Source: Candidatus Iainarchaeum sp. (lineage in GTDB: Archaea > Iainarchaeota > Iainarchaeia > Iainarchaeales > VGJJ01). Taken from it: DNA of 36,191 bases. Positions 27,262-36,176 of this stretch are shown in pieces (position 1 is the stretch's first letter; each line of letters begins with the position of its first letter). The position numbers and the translations under genes are program-made. Under the pieces are notes generated by a model that searched no databases, was not told the DNA's origin, and was given only the letters and a program-made list of their open reading frames with translations. The stretch covers positions 1-36,191 of the forward strand of contig JAZDJQ010000009.1 of NCBI GenBank assembly GCA_043803765.1. The letters run 5' to 3'.

Positions 27262-29574
27262 ATGAGCGAAATGATAAACCTGAAACTACCATGGGTAGAG
27301 AAATACCGGCCTAAGGTATTGAAAGACGTTATTGGACAGGAAACCATCACCTCCCGCCTACAAAGTTATGTAAAAACAAGGGATTTGCCCAATTTGATGT
27401 TTGCCGGGCATGCAGGAATAGGAAAAACGAGCGCAGCAGTAGCATTAGCAAGAGAACTATTCGGAGAGGAATATTCACGGAATTTTTTAGAACTCAATGC
27501 GAGTGTTACGGGTGACACACCAGTGCTTGTTCGAATGAATGGCAAAATCAAACGAACAAACTTCGCAGAATTAGATAAGCAGTATTTCCATGGTGATGAA
27601 AAATATTCTACCCCAGTCAAACTTGAAACATTGTCCATAGATGAAAATAACATTGTGTGTTTTATGCCGGTATCGCTCATCTCAAAACACCGTGTTTCTG
27701 AAATCGAGACCATTGATTTTGAAGGTGGAAAGATTAAGACTAGTCTCAATCATTCAGTAATTGTTTTGGATTCTTACGGCAATTTAATTAGCAAGGAATG
27801 TCGTGATTTGACTGTTGGAGATGTTCTTCTAACATTCCATCAGGAAACAAACGAAAAACAAATTGAACTTGACTTTAATCAATTCCCTGTGCAACTCGCC
27901 AATCAACTACGAAGCGGGCTCATTCAAAATCCAAAAGTAAGTGTTTGCTTGAATCAAATAAAACTGGATGAGGATCTGTCTTGGCTTTTTGGATTGTACT
28001 TAGCTGAAGGGTGCACTGGTATGCGTAAAGGATGCAATGTGGACACAAGTGGCAACACTATTTTTACATTAGCCTATCCACAAGAACAATATGTTGCAGA
28101 CCGCGTTTCCAACATCGTAAAAAACAAATTTGGACTAAGGACACGCTACGTGCTTGGCAAGTCTGGTTTCGATCGATCCAAAAAATCATCAATCCAAGTA
28201 CAGGTGCTTAATACTCAGCTCGCTAAATTCTTTCGAAAAGAATTCTATTCAGAAGGGGAAAGAAAATATGCACGAACAAAAAGGGTGCCTGGATTTATTT
28301 TTGAATCACCCATCCCCCATCGCATTGCTTTTTTGAAGGGATATATGGGGGATGCCACCGGAAAATGGGGAGAATATGTCCGCTATAGCTCCCGATCAAA
28401 GGAAAATCTGATTGATATCGCATGGCTCGCTCAAACATGCGGACTGCGAGCCACTGTATTCGATAAAGAAATAAGATTAGTATGGCGAGTACCCAACTAT
28501 AAACAAGATAACACTAATTTGCTTCCAGCTGAGCCTTTTATTACCGCATTCAAACGCGAAGGAATTGAGTGCACACACTTCTTTAGACACTCATTATACG
28601 GCAAAAAGTCAAAAAGAATTGCACAGAGCAAATTAGTAGAATTTTTTGATAAGATGCCATTTGAAAAACGTGTTAGACTAGGAAAGCTTGAACAAATAGT
28701 ACGTTCAGGTATAACTTGTACGATTATCAAAAAAATAACAAAAACCCCCTATTCTGAATATGTATACGATTTCTCTGTACCAAAAAGTGAGAAATTTTAT
28801 GGAGGAACCACCCCCGTTCTCCTGCATAATAGCGATGATCGTGGAATTGACGTCGTGAGAAGCACCATCAAGGAATTCGCACGCACCCTTGCATTCAATG
28901 CCGATTTCAAAATTATTTTTTTAGATGAAAGCGATGCACTAACAGCTGATGCCCAGCAAGCACTCAGACGGACGATGGAAAAATACTCCAAAACATGCCG
29001 ATTTGTATTAAGCTGCAATTATTCCTCACGCATCATTGAACCCATACAATCCCGATGCGTCGTATTCCGATTTAGACCACTACGAAAAATAGATTTGGAA
29101 ACCATGATTCACAAAATAGCAAAAGAAGAAAAACTAACAGTAGAACCAAAAGCAATTGACGCAATCGAATATGTCGCAGAAGGGGACTTAAGAAAAGCCG
29201 TTAACGTACTACAAGCATCAGCAGCACTAGAGAAAAAAATAACCGAAGACGTGGTGTATTCCGTTGCAAACAGAGCCAAACCAAAAGAAGTAAAAGAAAT
29301 GATTCAACTCGCACTCAAAGGAAAATTCATGGATGCACGGGAAAAACTAGATTATTTAATGCTTGAAAATGGTTTATCAGGAGAAGATGTGATTAAACAA
29401 ATCCACCGAGAAGTATTAGATTGGGATGAAAAAGAATTAGACTCTACCACAAAAATACGCCTCGTTGACCGCATCGGAGAATACGATTTTCGCCTCGTTG
29501 AGGGGGCAAATGAACGAATCCAAATAGAAGCATTGCTCGCACAGATTGGCCTCGTTGCGAGTGAGAAGAAATAA
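27262..29574 (+). CDS. rfcS: Replication factor C small subunit, intein-containing
   Basis: PWVEKYRP, GHAGIGKT, LELNA|SDDRGIDVVR after intein removal, LDESD, ALRRTME, IQSRC, GDLRKA. Confidence 0.96.
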   Translation: MSEMINLKLPWVEKYRPKVLKDVIGQETITSRLQSYVKTRDLPNLMFAGHAGIGKTSAAVALARELFGEEYSRNFLELNASVTGDTPVLVRMNGKIKRTNFAELDKQYFHGDEKYSTPVKLETLSIDENNIVCFMPVSLISKHRVSEIETIDFEGGKIKTSLNHSVIVLDSYGNLISKECRDLTVGDVLLTFHQETNEKQIELDFNQFPVQLANQLRSGLIQNPKVSVCLNQIKLDEDLSWLFGLYLAEGCTGMRKGCNVDTSGNTIFTLAYPQEQYVADRVSNIVKNKFGLRTRYVLGKSGFDRSKKSSIQVQVLNTQLAKFFRKEFYSEGERKYARTKRVPGFIFESPIPHRIAFLKGYMGDATGKWGEYVRYSSRSKENLIDIAWLAQTCGLRATVFDKEIRLVWRVPNYKQDNTNLLPAEPFITAFKREGIECTHFFRHSLYGKKSKRIAQSKLVEFFDKMPFEKRVRLGKLEQIVRSGITCTIIKKITKTPYSEYVYDFSVPKSEKFYGGTTPVLLHNSDDRGIDVVRSTIKEFARTLAFNADFKIIFLDESDALTADAQQALRRTMEKYSKTCRFVLSCNYSSRIIEPIQSRCVVFRFRPLRKIDLETMIHKIAKEEKLTVEPKAIDAIEYVAEGDLRKAVNVLQASAALEKKITEDVVYSVANRAKPKEVKEMIQLALKGKFMDAREKLDYLMLENGLSGEDVIKQIHREVLDWDEKELDSTTKIRLVDRIGEYDFRLVEGANERIQIEALLAQIGLVASEKK
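27502..28830 (+). mobile_element. Intein (443 aa) with LAGLIDADG homing-endonuclease domain
   Basis: Begins SVTGDTPVLV, block B TSLNHSV, WLFGLYLAEGC and AFLKGYMGDA, VYDFSV, ends LLHN before extein Ser. Confidence 0.95.
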
Positions 29575-29598
29575 TAAGCCGAACGATAATAGGGAGAA

Positions 29599-30150
29599 AT
29601 GGCTGGTAGAAAAAAAGTATTACCTGTTCCCCGTAAACCATACAAATATCAGCATCAGCGCTTTTTCGAATTTGGCAGGGAAGTTGAAGAGAGAAATAGG
29701 GCAATAGAAATTATTCAACAAAGCAAAATTCCAGTATTAAACACACAGTTGAAAGCGAAATATGGAATCATAGAAATTCCCGCACACTATGCACATGAAA
29801 AGGGACTTGATGTTGAAAAATATGAAAACACGGATGTGCTCTGCCGTTTCTTCAATTTAAAATGTAAAAGATTGAAAATTCGATCTCCCAAATCAAGAAG
29901 GGCCTTTTTTGATGATGCACTTTTCACTGATAGGAATGGAAGACCAGTATTTGGAATCAAAACACACGTACCGATGGATGAGAAAGGCTATGGCATCCAG
30001 GAAAAGAAAAGAACATTTCTCGTTTTTTATTCCCATCCAGTAAGCGAAATCATTGCCAAGGCGATTTCTGAAAGAAAGGCACCAAGAGCAGACAAAAAGT
30101 GGATAGAATGGGTTCTTCCAAAAAGGCCATCAATTGAAGAAATCAACTAA
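29599..30150 (+). CDS. Orphan hypothetical protein with basic N-terminus
   Basis: 183-aa ORF starting MAGRKKVLPVPRKPYK; no family recognised. Confidence 0.65.
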   Translation: MAGRKKVLPVPRKPYKYQHQRFFEFGREVEERNRAIEIIQQSKIPVLNTQLKAKYGIIEIPAHYAHEKGLDVEKYENTDVLCRFFNLKCKRLKIRSPKSRRAFFDDALFTDRNGRPVFGIKTHVPMDEKGYGIQEKKRTFLVFYSHPVSEIIAKAISERKAPRADKKWIEWVLPKRPSIEEIN

Positions 30151-31380
30151 ACGCTTCTGGTTGTAAACTCTATCCAGTAATTTACTATTCTTTTTCCACT
30201 CTTTCATTGGAATTATTAATTTAGTTCCTATGCCAGTAAGTGCAGATTCTAATGAATCAAAAATAGTTGGCTCTTTTTCCATTGCATCACGAACTGTCTG
30301 GCGCACCAACCAAACACCCAAAGATTGTTGATAACATGGTCCAATTTCTCTAAACACCAGAACGGCGGCCTGTTTTCTCATTTCTTTTAACTTTTCAGTC
30401 ACAGCAAGACGCACAGCGTAATATCCCCCCGCCACATTTTCGGCATAATTCTTCCTTCCCTCATAGAATTCATTATCTGTACTCATGTAAACTTCTTTCA
30501 TTTCCTGCGCCCAAAAACTTCCTGGTCGATATGCTTCCATTATATCGAATGCCCATTCTCTAGGTAAAAATAATACAAAAAAATGATTATCAATAAAATG
30601 AGATTCGTAAAGTTGATATTCATTAATACTTGGGAAGTCCTTAATCGAATCAATAACTTGATTTCCAATTGTACTGTCGACACTCGTTATACTCCATCTA
30701 CTTGGGACTAACTTTCGGTTTTCTTTCTCACCTAAAGTTCCAGCGCTTAATAATTTATACAAATGGTGAACTGGAATATCTTTATCATATAATTCGCTCA
30801 TAGCTGTAGCTGCCTTTGCATGTCGATCGTTAACCAAATATTCCACCTTGTCCGGAATTTTTGGATTTTCCTGCAAATCAAACTTTTTCATCGGAGCCTG
30901 CGGACCCATGGGAGGAGCATCATGCGAGAACTCCAGTTTAGAAATAGGATTCTTTGTAAGCTCCACTTCCACATCCACCTTCTCGGAGGCCATGGCAATC
31001 TCTTGGATTTTTTGTAACTCTGCCCCCGGATCTTTCGCTTCGTGAATGGAAATGGGAATATTGGAACGAATGAGCTGGGAACGATAACCCACCAATTCAT
31101 TCAAGCTTTTGCCGAACCATCGTTCCGGATTGTCCAAAAGATCCGCCTGATTGGCATCCAAATAATTCGTGGGAGCCATGGGGGCAATCTTTACTTTAGG
31201 ATAACCATAATGCGAAACAAAAACAGAGGGAGGAGAACTCCCAGCAAAAGATTTACCATTCATTTGAGCAATAGACTTCTGCTTTGTCTCATGCTTTTCA
31301 AGTATCCAACAAGTAGGACCACACCATTGACGGCCACGACAACGCACGCAGGTGCTGGGACTGGGTTTTTCAAAAGACAT
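30130..31380 (-). CDS. nreA: Nre-family DNA repair protein
   Basis: CVRCRGRQWCG..C, GSSPPSVFV..YGYPKV, RKLVPSRWSITSVD, GGYYAVRLAV.E, LGVWLVR, C-terminal PIP box QKRLVDFF. Confidence 0.93.
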   Translation of the reverse strand: MSFEKPSPSTCVRCRGRQWCGPTCWILEKHETKQKSIAQMNGKSFAGSSPPSVFVSHYGYPKVKIAPMAPTNYLDANQADLLDNPERWFGKSLNELVGYRSQLIRSNIPISIHEAKDPGAELQKIQEIAMASEKVDVEVELTKNPISKLEFSHDAPPMGPQAPMKKFDLQENPKIPDKVEYLVNDRHAKAATAMSELYDKDIPVHHLYKLLSAGTLGEKENRKLVPSRWSITSVDSTIGNQVIDSIKDFPSINEYQLYESHFIDNHFFVLFLPREWAFDIMEAYRPGSFWAQEMKEVYMSTDNEFYEGRKNYAENVAGGYYAVRLAVTEKLKEMRKQAAVLVFREIGPCYQQSLGVWLVRQTVRDAMEKEPTIFDSLESALTGIGTKLIIPMKEWKKNSKLLDRVYNQKRLVDFFN

Positions 31381-31470
31381 GATACAAAAAGAGCGAGCCA
31401 GAACCTTTTGAATCAAACGGGAGAAAATCGCCGAGAAAAGAATTAAAACAAGGGGAAGACTATCTCTCCC

Positions 31471-31734
31471 ATGGCCAGACGAATAGTATCCAAGTGGCAG
31501 GAAAGATATACTTTGCTCCCTTCGGAAAGACTGGACCGCACGGTGCGACAACAAATGACAAGAGCGATGCATGAGCAAGGGAAACAATCCCTGTTGGAAA
31601 AATTGCATCAGCCGCCCAAATGGTTTGGAAAACCAAAACAGATAAGCTTCACGAAAAGAAAAACAGTCCCTGCAGAATACGAAATAATTGATAACGTATT
31701 GGGCCCATCAAAAAAAACGCAAACTGGCCAATGA
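31471..31734 (+). CDS. Basic ORF upstream of and overlapping the sigma-like frame (N-terminal half or partner gene)
   Basis: ATG follows GAGAAAAGAATTAAAA (BRE/TATA-like, 31433-31448); overlaps the next frame by 47 nt. Confidence 0.55.
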   Translation: MARRIVSKWQERYTLLPSERLDRTVRQQMTRAMHEQGKQSLLEKLHQPPKWFGKPKQISFTKRKTVPAEYEIIDNVLGPSKKTQTGQ

Positions 31735-32287
31735 CCCGCACATGAGGGAATGGGCCATGGATCGGATTGCACAGGAATTCAATTTTTTGGCGGCAAACTA
31801 TCTACGATACCATTTCAAAAGATACCCTGAAGTCTCCTATTCCTTCGAACAAGCGTATTCCTCAATCTGTTACTATTTTTTCCCCGGATTCCTATCAGCC
31901 GTGAAGGAACATGGAATCAAAAACGCCGCAGGAGGACTATACAAACTCCTTCAAAAAGGATCAAAAAAAGTGATTTTTAGAGAAGTACGCCGTTCCCAAG
32001 GAAAAAATATCGTGCCATTGGACCTGCAATCTTCTGCGATAGCCACTCGAACACCTCACATGTCTAACCCCGGACGATTCGAAGAGATGATTGCCCACTT
32101 GTCCAATAGGGAAAAAAGGATTCTTCGCTATCGGTATGAACAAGGGCTCACATTCGAAGAAACGGGGAAAAAACTCTCCCTCCACCATACACGAATCCAG
32201 CAGATTGAAGAAAAAACACTCCAAAAAATGAGAAGATGGCTGGAAAGAGAAAGACACCCCAATAACCCCACGCAATCTAGGGAATGA
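31688..32287 (+). CDS. Sigma-70-like protein (degenerate region 2 plus region 4 HTH)
   Basis: LSNREKRILRYRYEQGLTFEETGKKLSLHHTRIQQIEEKTLQKMR matches region 4; upstream RIAQEFNFLA...SFEQ...GFLSAVKE...IFREVRR resembles region 2. Confidence 0.75.
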   Translation: MITYWAHQKKRKLANDPHMREWAMDRIAQEFNFLAANYLRYHFKRYPEVSYSFEQAYSSICYYFFPGFLSAVKEHGIKNAAGGLYKLLQKGSKKVIFREVRRSQGKNIVPLDLQSSAIATRTPHMSNPGRFEEMIAHLSNREKRILRYRYEQGLTFEETGKKLSLHHTRIQQIEEKTLQKMRRWLERERHPNNPTQSRE

Positions 32288-32336
32288 AAAGCCTTGCACC
32301 CTGCGTCATTTAAACCATTCGATGCCTAATCCGAAT

Positions 32337-34271
32337 ATGCCGGAGACCGTGCACTTGACCCTCCCAGACGGGAAAAAAGTACAAATCATCAAGGGGCAGA
32401 CCGCGCTCGAAGCAGTTGAAAAGATAGGGGAACGATTGGCAAAAGATGCCATTTCCGCAGAAGTGGATGGAAAATTAGTTGATTTAACAATCCGAATAGA
32501 ACACGATGCATCATTCCGCGCTTTCACATTTAACACAAAAGAAGGAAAAGAAACATACTGGCATTCCACTTCCCACTTGATGGCGTATGCCATTGAAGAA
32601 ATTTTTCCAAATGCTATTATCACCATCGGACCGGCAATTGAAGAAGGATTTTATTACGACATTGACTTTGAACGACCCTTCACTCCCGAAGATTTGCAGA
32701 AAATAGAAGAGAAAATGCGGGAACTCATAAAGAAAGATTTGCCAATAAAACGAATCGAGTTACCACGGAAGGATGCAATCCGCTATTTCGAGAAACGAAA
32801 AAACAAATACAAAGTGGAAATACTCAACGAATTAGACGCGGAAAACGTTTCACTATACGAAGAAGGAAAATTCACGGATTTATGCACTGGCCCCCACGTT
32901 ATCCGCACGGGAAAAATTGGCGTGGTAAAATTATTGAAAACAGCAGGAGCATACTGGAGAGGAGATTCCAAAAACAAGCAATTACAACGCATTTATGGAA
33001 TAAGCTTCCCCACGCAGAAAGAAATGAATGCTTACTTGCACGAATTGGAAGAAAGAGAAAAAAGAGACCATCGGAAAATAGGAAAAGAAATGAAAATTTT
33101 CACATTCAACGAGGACATTGGAATTGGACTGCCGCTGTGGATGCCTAAAGGGGAACAATTATTCCATACCCTGGAAGAATACATGCGGGAAGAAGAAGAA
33201 AAAGAGGAATACCACTACGTACGAACACCCCACATCATCAATGGAAAAATGTACGAAAAGACAGGACACATCCCCTATTACACGGAATCCATGTACGCCC
33301 CAATCGAAATAGAAGGGGAAAACTATTACCTCAAACCCATGAACTGCCCGCACCACCACGCCATATTCTCCGAATTAGTGCAAAGCTACAAACAATTGCC
33401 CTACCGCATCGCAGAAGCAGGAACCGTATACCGATTTGAGTTGAGCGGAACAATGTACGGAATCATCCGGGCACGAGGATTCACCCAGAACGACTCCCAC
33501 AATTACTGCACCATGGAACAAGTGCACGACGAAGTACTGCGTGTCCTGAAGATGAACATACGCATATACAAACAATTAGGAGTATCGAACTACTGGTTCA
33601 GATTATCACTCCCTGACTTTGAGGGACACCCCGAAAAATATTCTGGAGACAGGGAAAGATGGGAAGCCGCAGCCGAATCCCTACGCAAAGCCGCACAACA
33701 TATTAATATTCCCTGCATCGAGACCAAAGATGAAGCGGCATTCTACGGACCCAAAATAGACATCCAGACAAAAAACATCCGTGGAAAAGAAGAAACGATT
33801 GCTACCGTGCAAGTAGACATCATGGTACCCAAGCGCATCGGGATGCACTACACCGACGAAAAAGACCAACCAGCCACCCCCGTCGTGATTCACCGCGCCA
33901 TACTGGGAAGCTACGAACGATTCATCGCCTTCTTACTCGAACAGACAATGGGAAAATTCCCCACATGGCTGAGCCCCGTGCAGGTAAAAGTCCTCCCGCT
34001 GAGTGAAAAATACAAAAAATACGCGCAACACGTGCATGACACATTGAAATCGCACCATATACGAACCGAAATGGACTCGACGGACGAAACACTGAATTAC
34101 CGCATCCGGAATGCCCAGATGGAGAAAATCCCCTACATGATTATTGTAGGAGAAAAAGAAGAATCAGAAAAAACAATCAGCATCCGAACAAGAGAAGGAA
34201 AACAAGAAAATGGAATCCCATTTTCAGGATTTATCACAAAAATAAAAGAAGAAATCAACCAGAAAAAATAG
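32337..34271 (+). CDS. thrS: Threonine--tRNA ligase, bacterial type
   Basis: TGS domain, HSTSH and DLCTGPHV editing motifs, GAYWRGD, RDHRKIG, KPMNCPHH, AAFYGPKID, IHRAILGSYERF. Confidence 0.97.
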   Translation: MPETVHLTLPDGKKVQIIKGQTALEAVEKIGERLAKDAISAEVDGKLVDLTIRIEHDASFRAFTFNTKEGKETYWHSTSHLMAYAIEEIFPNAIITIGPAIEEGFYYDIDFERPFTPEDLQKIEEKMRELIKKDLPIKRIELPRKDAIRYFEKRKNKYKVEILNELDAENVSLYEEGKFTDLCTGPHVIRTGKIGVVKLLKTAGAYWRGDSKNKQLQRIYGISFPTQKEMNAYLHELEEREKRDHRKIGKEMKIFTFNEDIGIGLPLWMPKGEQLFHTLEEYMREEEEKEEYHYVRTPHIINGKMYEKTGHIPYYTESMYAPIEIEGENYYLKPMNCPHHHAIFSELVQSYKQLPYRIAEAGTVYRFELSGTMYGIIRARGFTQNDSHNYCTMEQVHDEVLRVLKMNIRIYKQLGVSNYWFRLSLPDFEGHPEKYSGDRERWEAAAESLRKAAQHINIPCIETKDEAAFYGPKIDIQTKNIRGKEETIATVQVDIMVPKRIGMHYTDEKDQPATPVVIHRAILGSYERFIAFLLEQTMGKFPTWLSPVQVKVLPLSEKYKKYAQHVHDTLKSHHIRTEMDSTDETLNYRIRNAQMEKIPYMIIVGEKEESEKTISIRTREGKQENGIPFSGFITKIKEEINQKK

Positions 34272-34306
34272 AATGGATTAAAAAGAAGAAAAAAACATTT
34301 ACCAAC

Positions 34307-34639
34307 ATGAGACCAAAGGAACGAGAAGAAGCGGAAAGGATATACACTTCCGTACTCCAACAACAACTCTATCATCTCATGACAGGCGGAAGCATCATGA
34401 TAGACAAAGAGGTATTGAAATCACTTGAACGAATCATTAACGGAAAACCAGCAGGTAAAAGCGAAAAAACCATCTTCCAACGCATCCGAGCAATCGATAT
34501 CCCGATAGCCGAACTAAAGGAAAAACTCGAAAGGGAAAAAGCATTAATCACCGCATTGGCAAAACAACACAAAAAAAGAAAAGAACCAAACCCTTTCAAC
34601 CGACAATGGATAGGAAGACCAAGAAGACGACCCAAATAG
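34307..34639 (+). CDS. Orphan hypothetical protein with Arg-rich C-terminus
   Basis: 110-aa helical ORF ending WIGRPRRRPK. Confidence 0.6.
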   Translation: MRPKEREEAERIYTSVLQQQLYHLMTGGSIMIDKEVLKSLERIINGKPAGKSEKTIFQRIRAIDIPIAELKEKLEREKALITALAKQHKKRKEPNPFNRQWIGRPRRRPK

Positions 34640-34750
34640 GCCGGAATCACGACAATCGCCAAAAGACCAGAGGGATTAGTTTATATTCCCCCTCCGAATG
34701 GCATCTGCAACTAACGCCAAAAATGGCGTAAAAAGGAGAGGAGATAGACT

Positions 34751-34912
34751 ATGGCAAAAGACATGGAGAATCCCATGATGTGGCTGTTCGCCATCCTGTT
34801 CTTGATAATGGGACTAGGATTGTGGAGCGGTGCCCCAGCATGGTGGAACTTGTATACCCTAATCGGGCTGTTTTTCCTGCTAAAGGCATTACTACCCATG
34901 ATGAAAGGATAA
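34751..34912 (+). CDS. 53-aa two-helix membrane microprotein (not in ORF track)
   Basis: MAKDMENPMMWLFAILFLIMGLGLWSGAPAWWNLYTLIGLFFLLKALLPMMKG*; GGAGAGGAG SD-like site and TTTATA at 34680 upstream. Confidence 0.75.
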   Translation: MAKDMENPMMWLFAILFLIMGLGLWSGAPAWWNLYTLIGLFFLLKALLPMMKG

Positions 34913-34929
34913 GAAATATCGTACTACTG

Positions 34930-34961
34930 TAGCCGTTCACGAAAACGGCTACTCTTTTTTT
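34930..34961 (+). terminator. Hairpin plus T-tract
   Basis: TAGCCGTT-CACGAA-AACGGCTA followed by CTCTTTTTTT, between convergent genes. Confidence 0.5.
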
Positions 34962-36046
34962 ATCACAAAAACGCGCTCGGTTGTTTTACCGACAAAACCG
35001 GAGTGGCGATGATACGCATCCAAAGTACGCGCAACATGGTTATCTTCAACCGTAAAACCTAATTCAATCGCTTTCTCTAGAAGCAATTCATCACTATTCA
35101 CAATACGATCAGGGAATGCCCCGCCCGCCACATTGATAACTGCCTTTCCACTCTCAACTAGTACGCGATGCATCTGTTTCAAACATTTTTCCATATCCTG
35201 CATATAGGCATCCACAATAGGAAGAGCGCTTTCTCCATTCGAATCATGAACATTCTCTCCAACAAAAGAACGAAGCTGGGTTTTGGGTTCATCAAAAAAC
35301 AAAGCCAGTTCCAATTTGTACGCGGACGCATACTCAATCTTATTCAAGTAAGGAGGAGACGTAATAATAGAAGAAATAGAAGCAGTATCTACTTTTCGAA
35401 GCAAACGAGCATCATCATCCAATACAACCGACTCTATTCCAAGAGAAGGAGACTTCTTCAAATCCTTAAGCATGAGCTCAATCTTCTTCAACCAAAATTT
35501 CTTAACAGGCAGGTATCCCTTTTTCACCCGCCTCAACGAGGCGCCCATGCGTTTAACATTTGAGACGCGCAACGTTTGGTCAATAAGAGCAAGCAATGCA
35601 ATATCATGCAAGGGATTTTTCTTGTACTCATGATTGAGGAATTTCTTAACCGTAACAAGTTCACGAAATGAACGAGGGTGAAAACGCTTCGCTACCCAAC
35701 TCTCCAATTTTATTTCATGAAGAGAAGAAAAATCAATTTTTTTCAACAATGAAAATTCTTTCTGCAACTCAACTATGTCATAGTTGCGCGTTTTGGTTTG
35801 AGAAACAAAACGACCCAAAGGAGAAACATCACACCCAATAGAAGAAAGACTATTTTCCTTGCACGCAAGAAGCGTTGTTCCCACCCCGCAAAAAGGGTCC
35901 AATACCGGACTGCTCAACGAATACGTTTCAATCGCCCAATCAACAAAAGCCTTGGAAAAACCCTCCCGATAATAGAACCAGCGATGAATGGGAATATTCT
36001 TGTTAGGAGAAAACGTGACCATTTGAGAAAGAGGAATAAGGGACAT
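34949..36046 (-). CDS. Orphan amino-DNA methyltransferase (motif I before SPPY; likely N4-cytosine)
   Basis: IHRWFYYREGFS, VLDPFCGVGTT, IITSPPY. Confidence 0.88.
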   Translation of the reverse strand: MSLIPLSQMVTFSPNKNIPIHRWFYYREGFSKAFVDWAIETYSLSSPVLDPFCGVGTTLLACKENSLSSIGCDVSPLGRFVSQTKTRNYDIVELQKEFSLLKKIDFSSLHEIKLESWVAKRFHPRSFRELVTVKKFLNHEYKKNPLHDIALLALIDQTLRVSNVKRMGASLRRVKKGYLPVKKFWLKKIELMLKDLKKSPSLGIESVVLDDDARLLRKVDTASISSIITSPPYLNKIEYASAYKLELALFFDEPKTQLRSFVGENVHDSNGESALPIVDAYMQDMEKCLKQMHRVLVESGKAVINVAGGAFPDRIVNSDELLLEKAIELGFTVEDNHVARTLDAYHRHSGFVGKTTERVFVIKKE

Positions 36047-36104
36047 TACACACGCATTCCAGGAGCGGGCTTTTAACCCTTTATTAACGATTTTTGAAAG
36101 AGCA

Positions 36105-36176
36105 GGCCCCGTAGTCTAACGGCTAGGATGAATCCTTTACATGGATTAGGCGGCAGTTCGATTCTGCCCGGGGCCA
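36105..36176 (+). tRNA. tRNA-Val(TAC)
   Basis: Acceptor GGCCCCG/CGGGGCC-A, anticodon arm AATCC-TT TAC AT-GGATT, T-arm GGCAG-TTCGATT-CTGCC; CCA not encoded. Confidence 0.95.

Noticed and set aside
31381-31608. N-terminal extension of NreA
   Set aside because: Family similarity starts at ATG 31380; the extension would overlap the divergent promoter and ORF.
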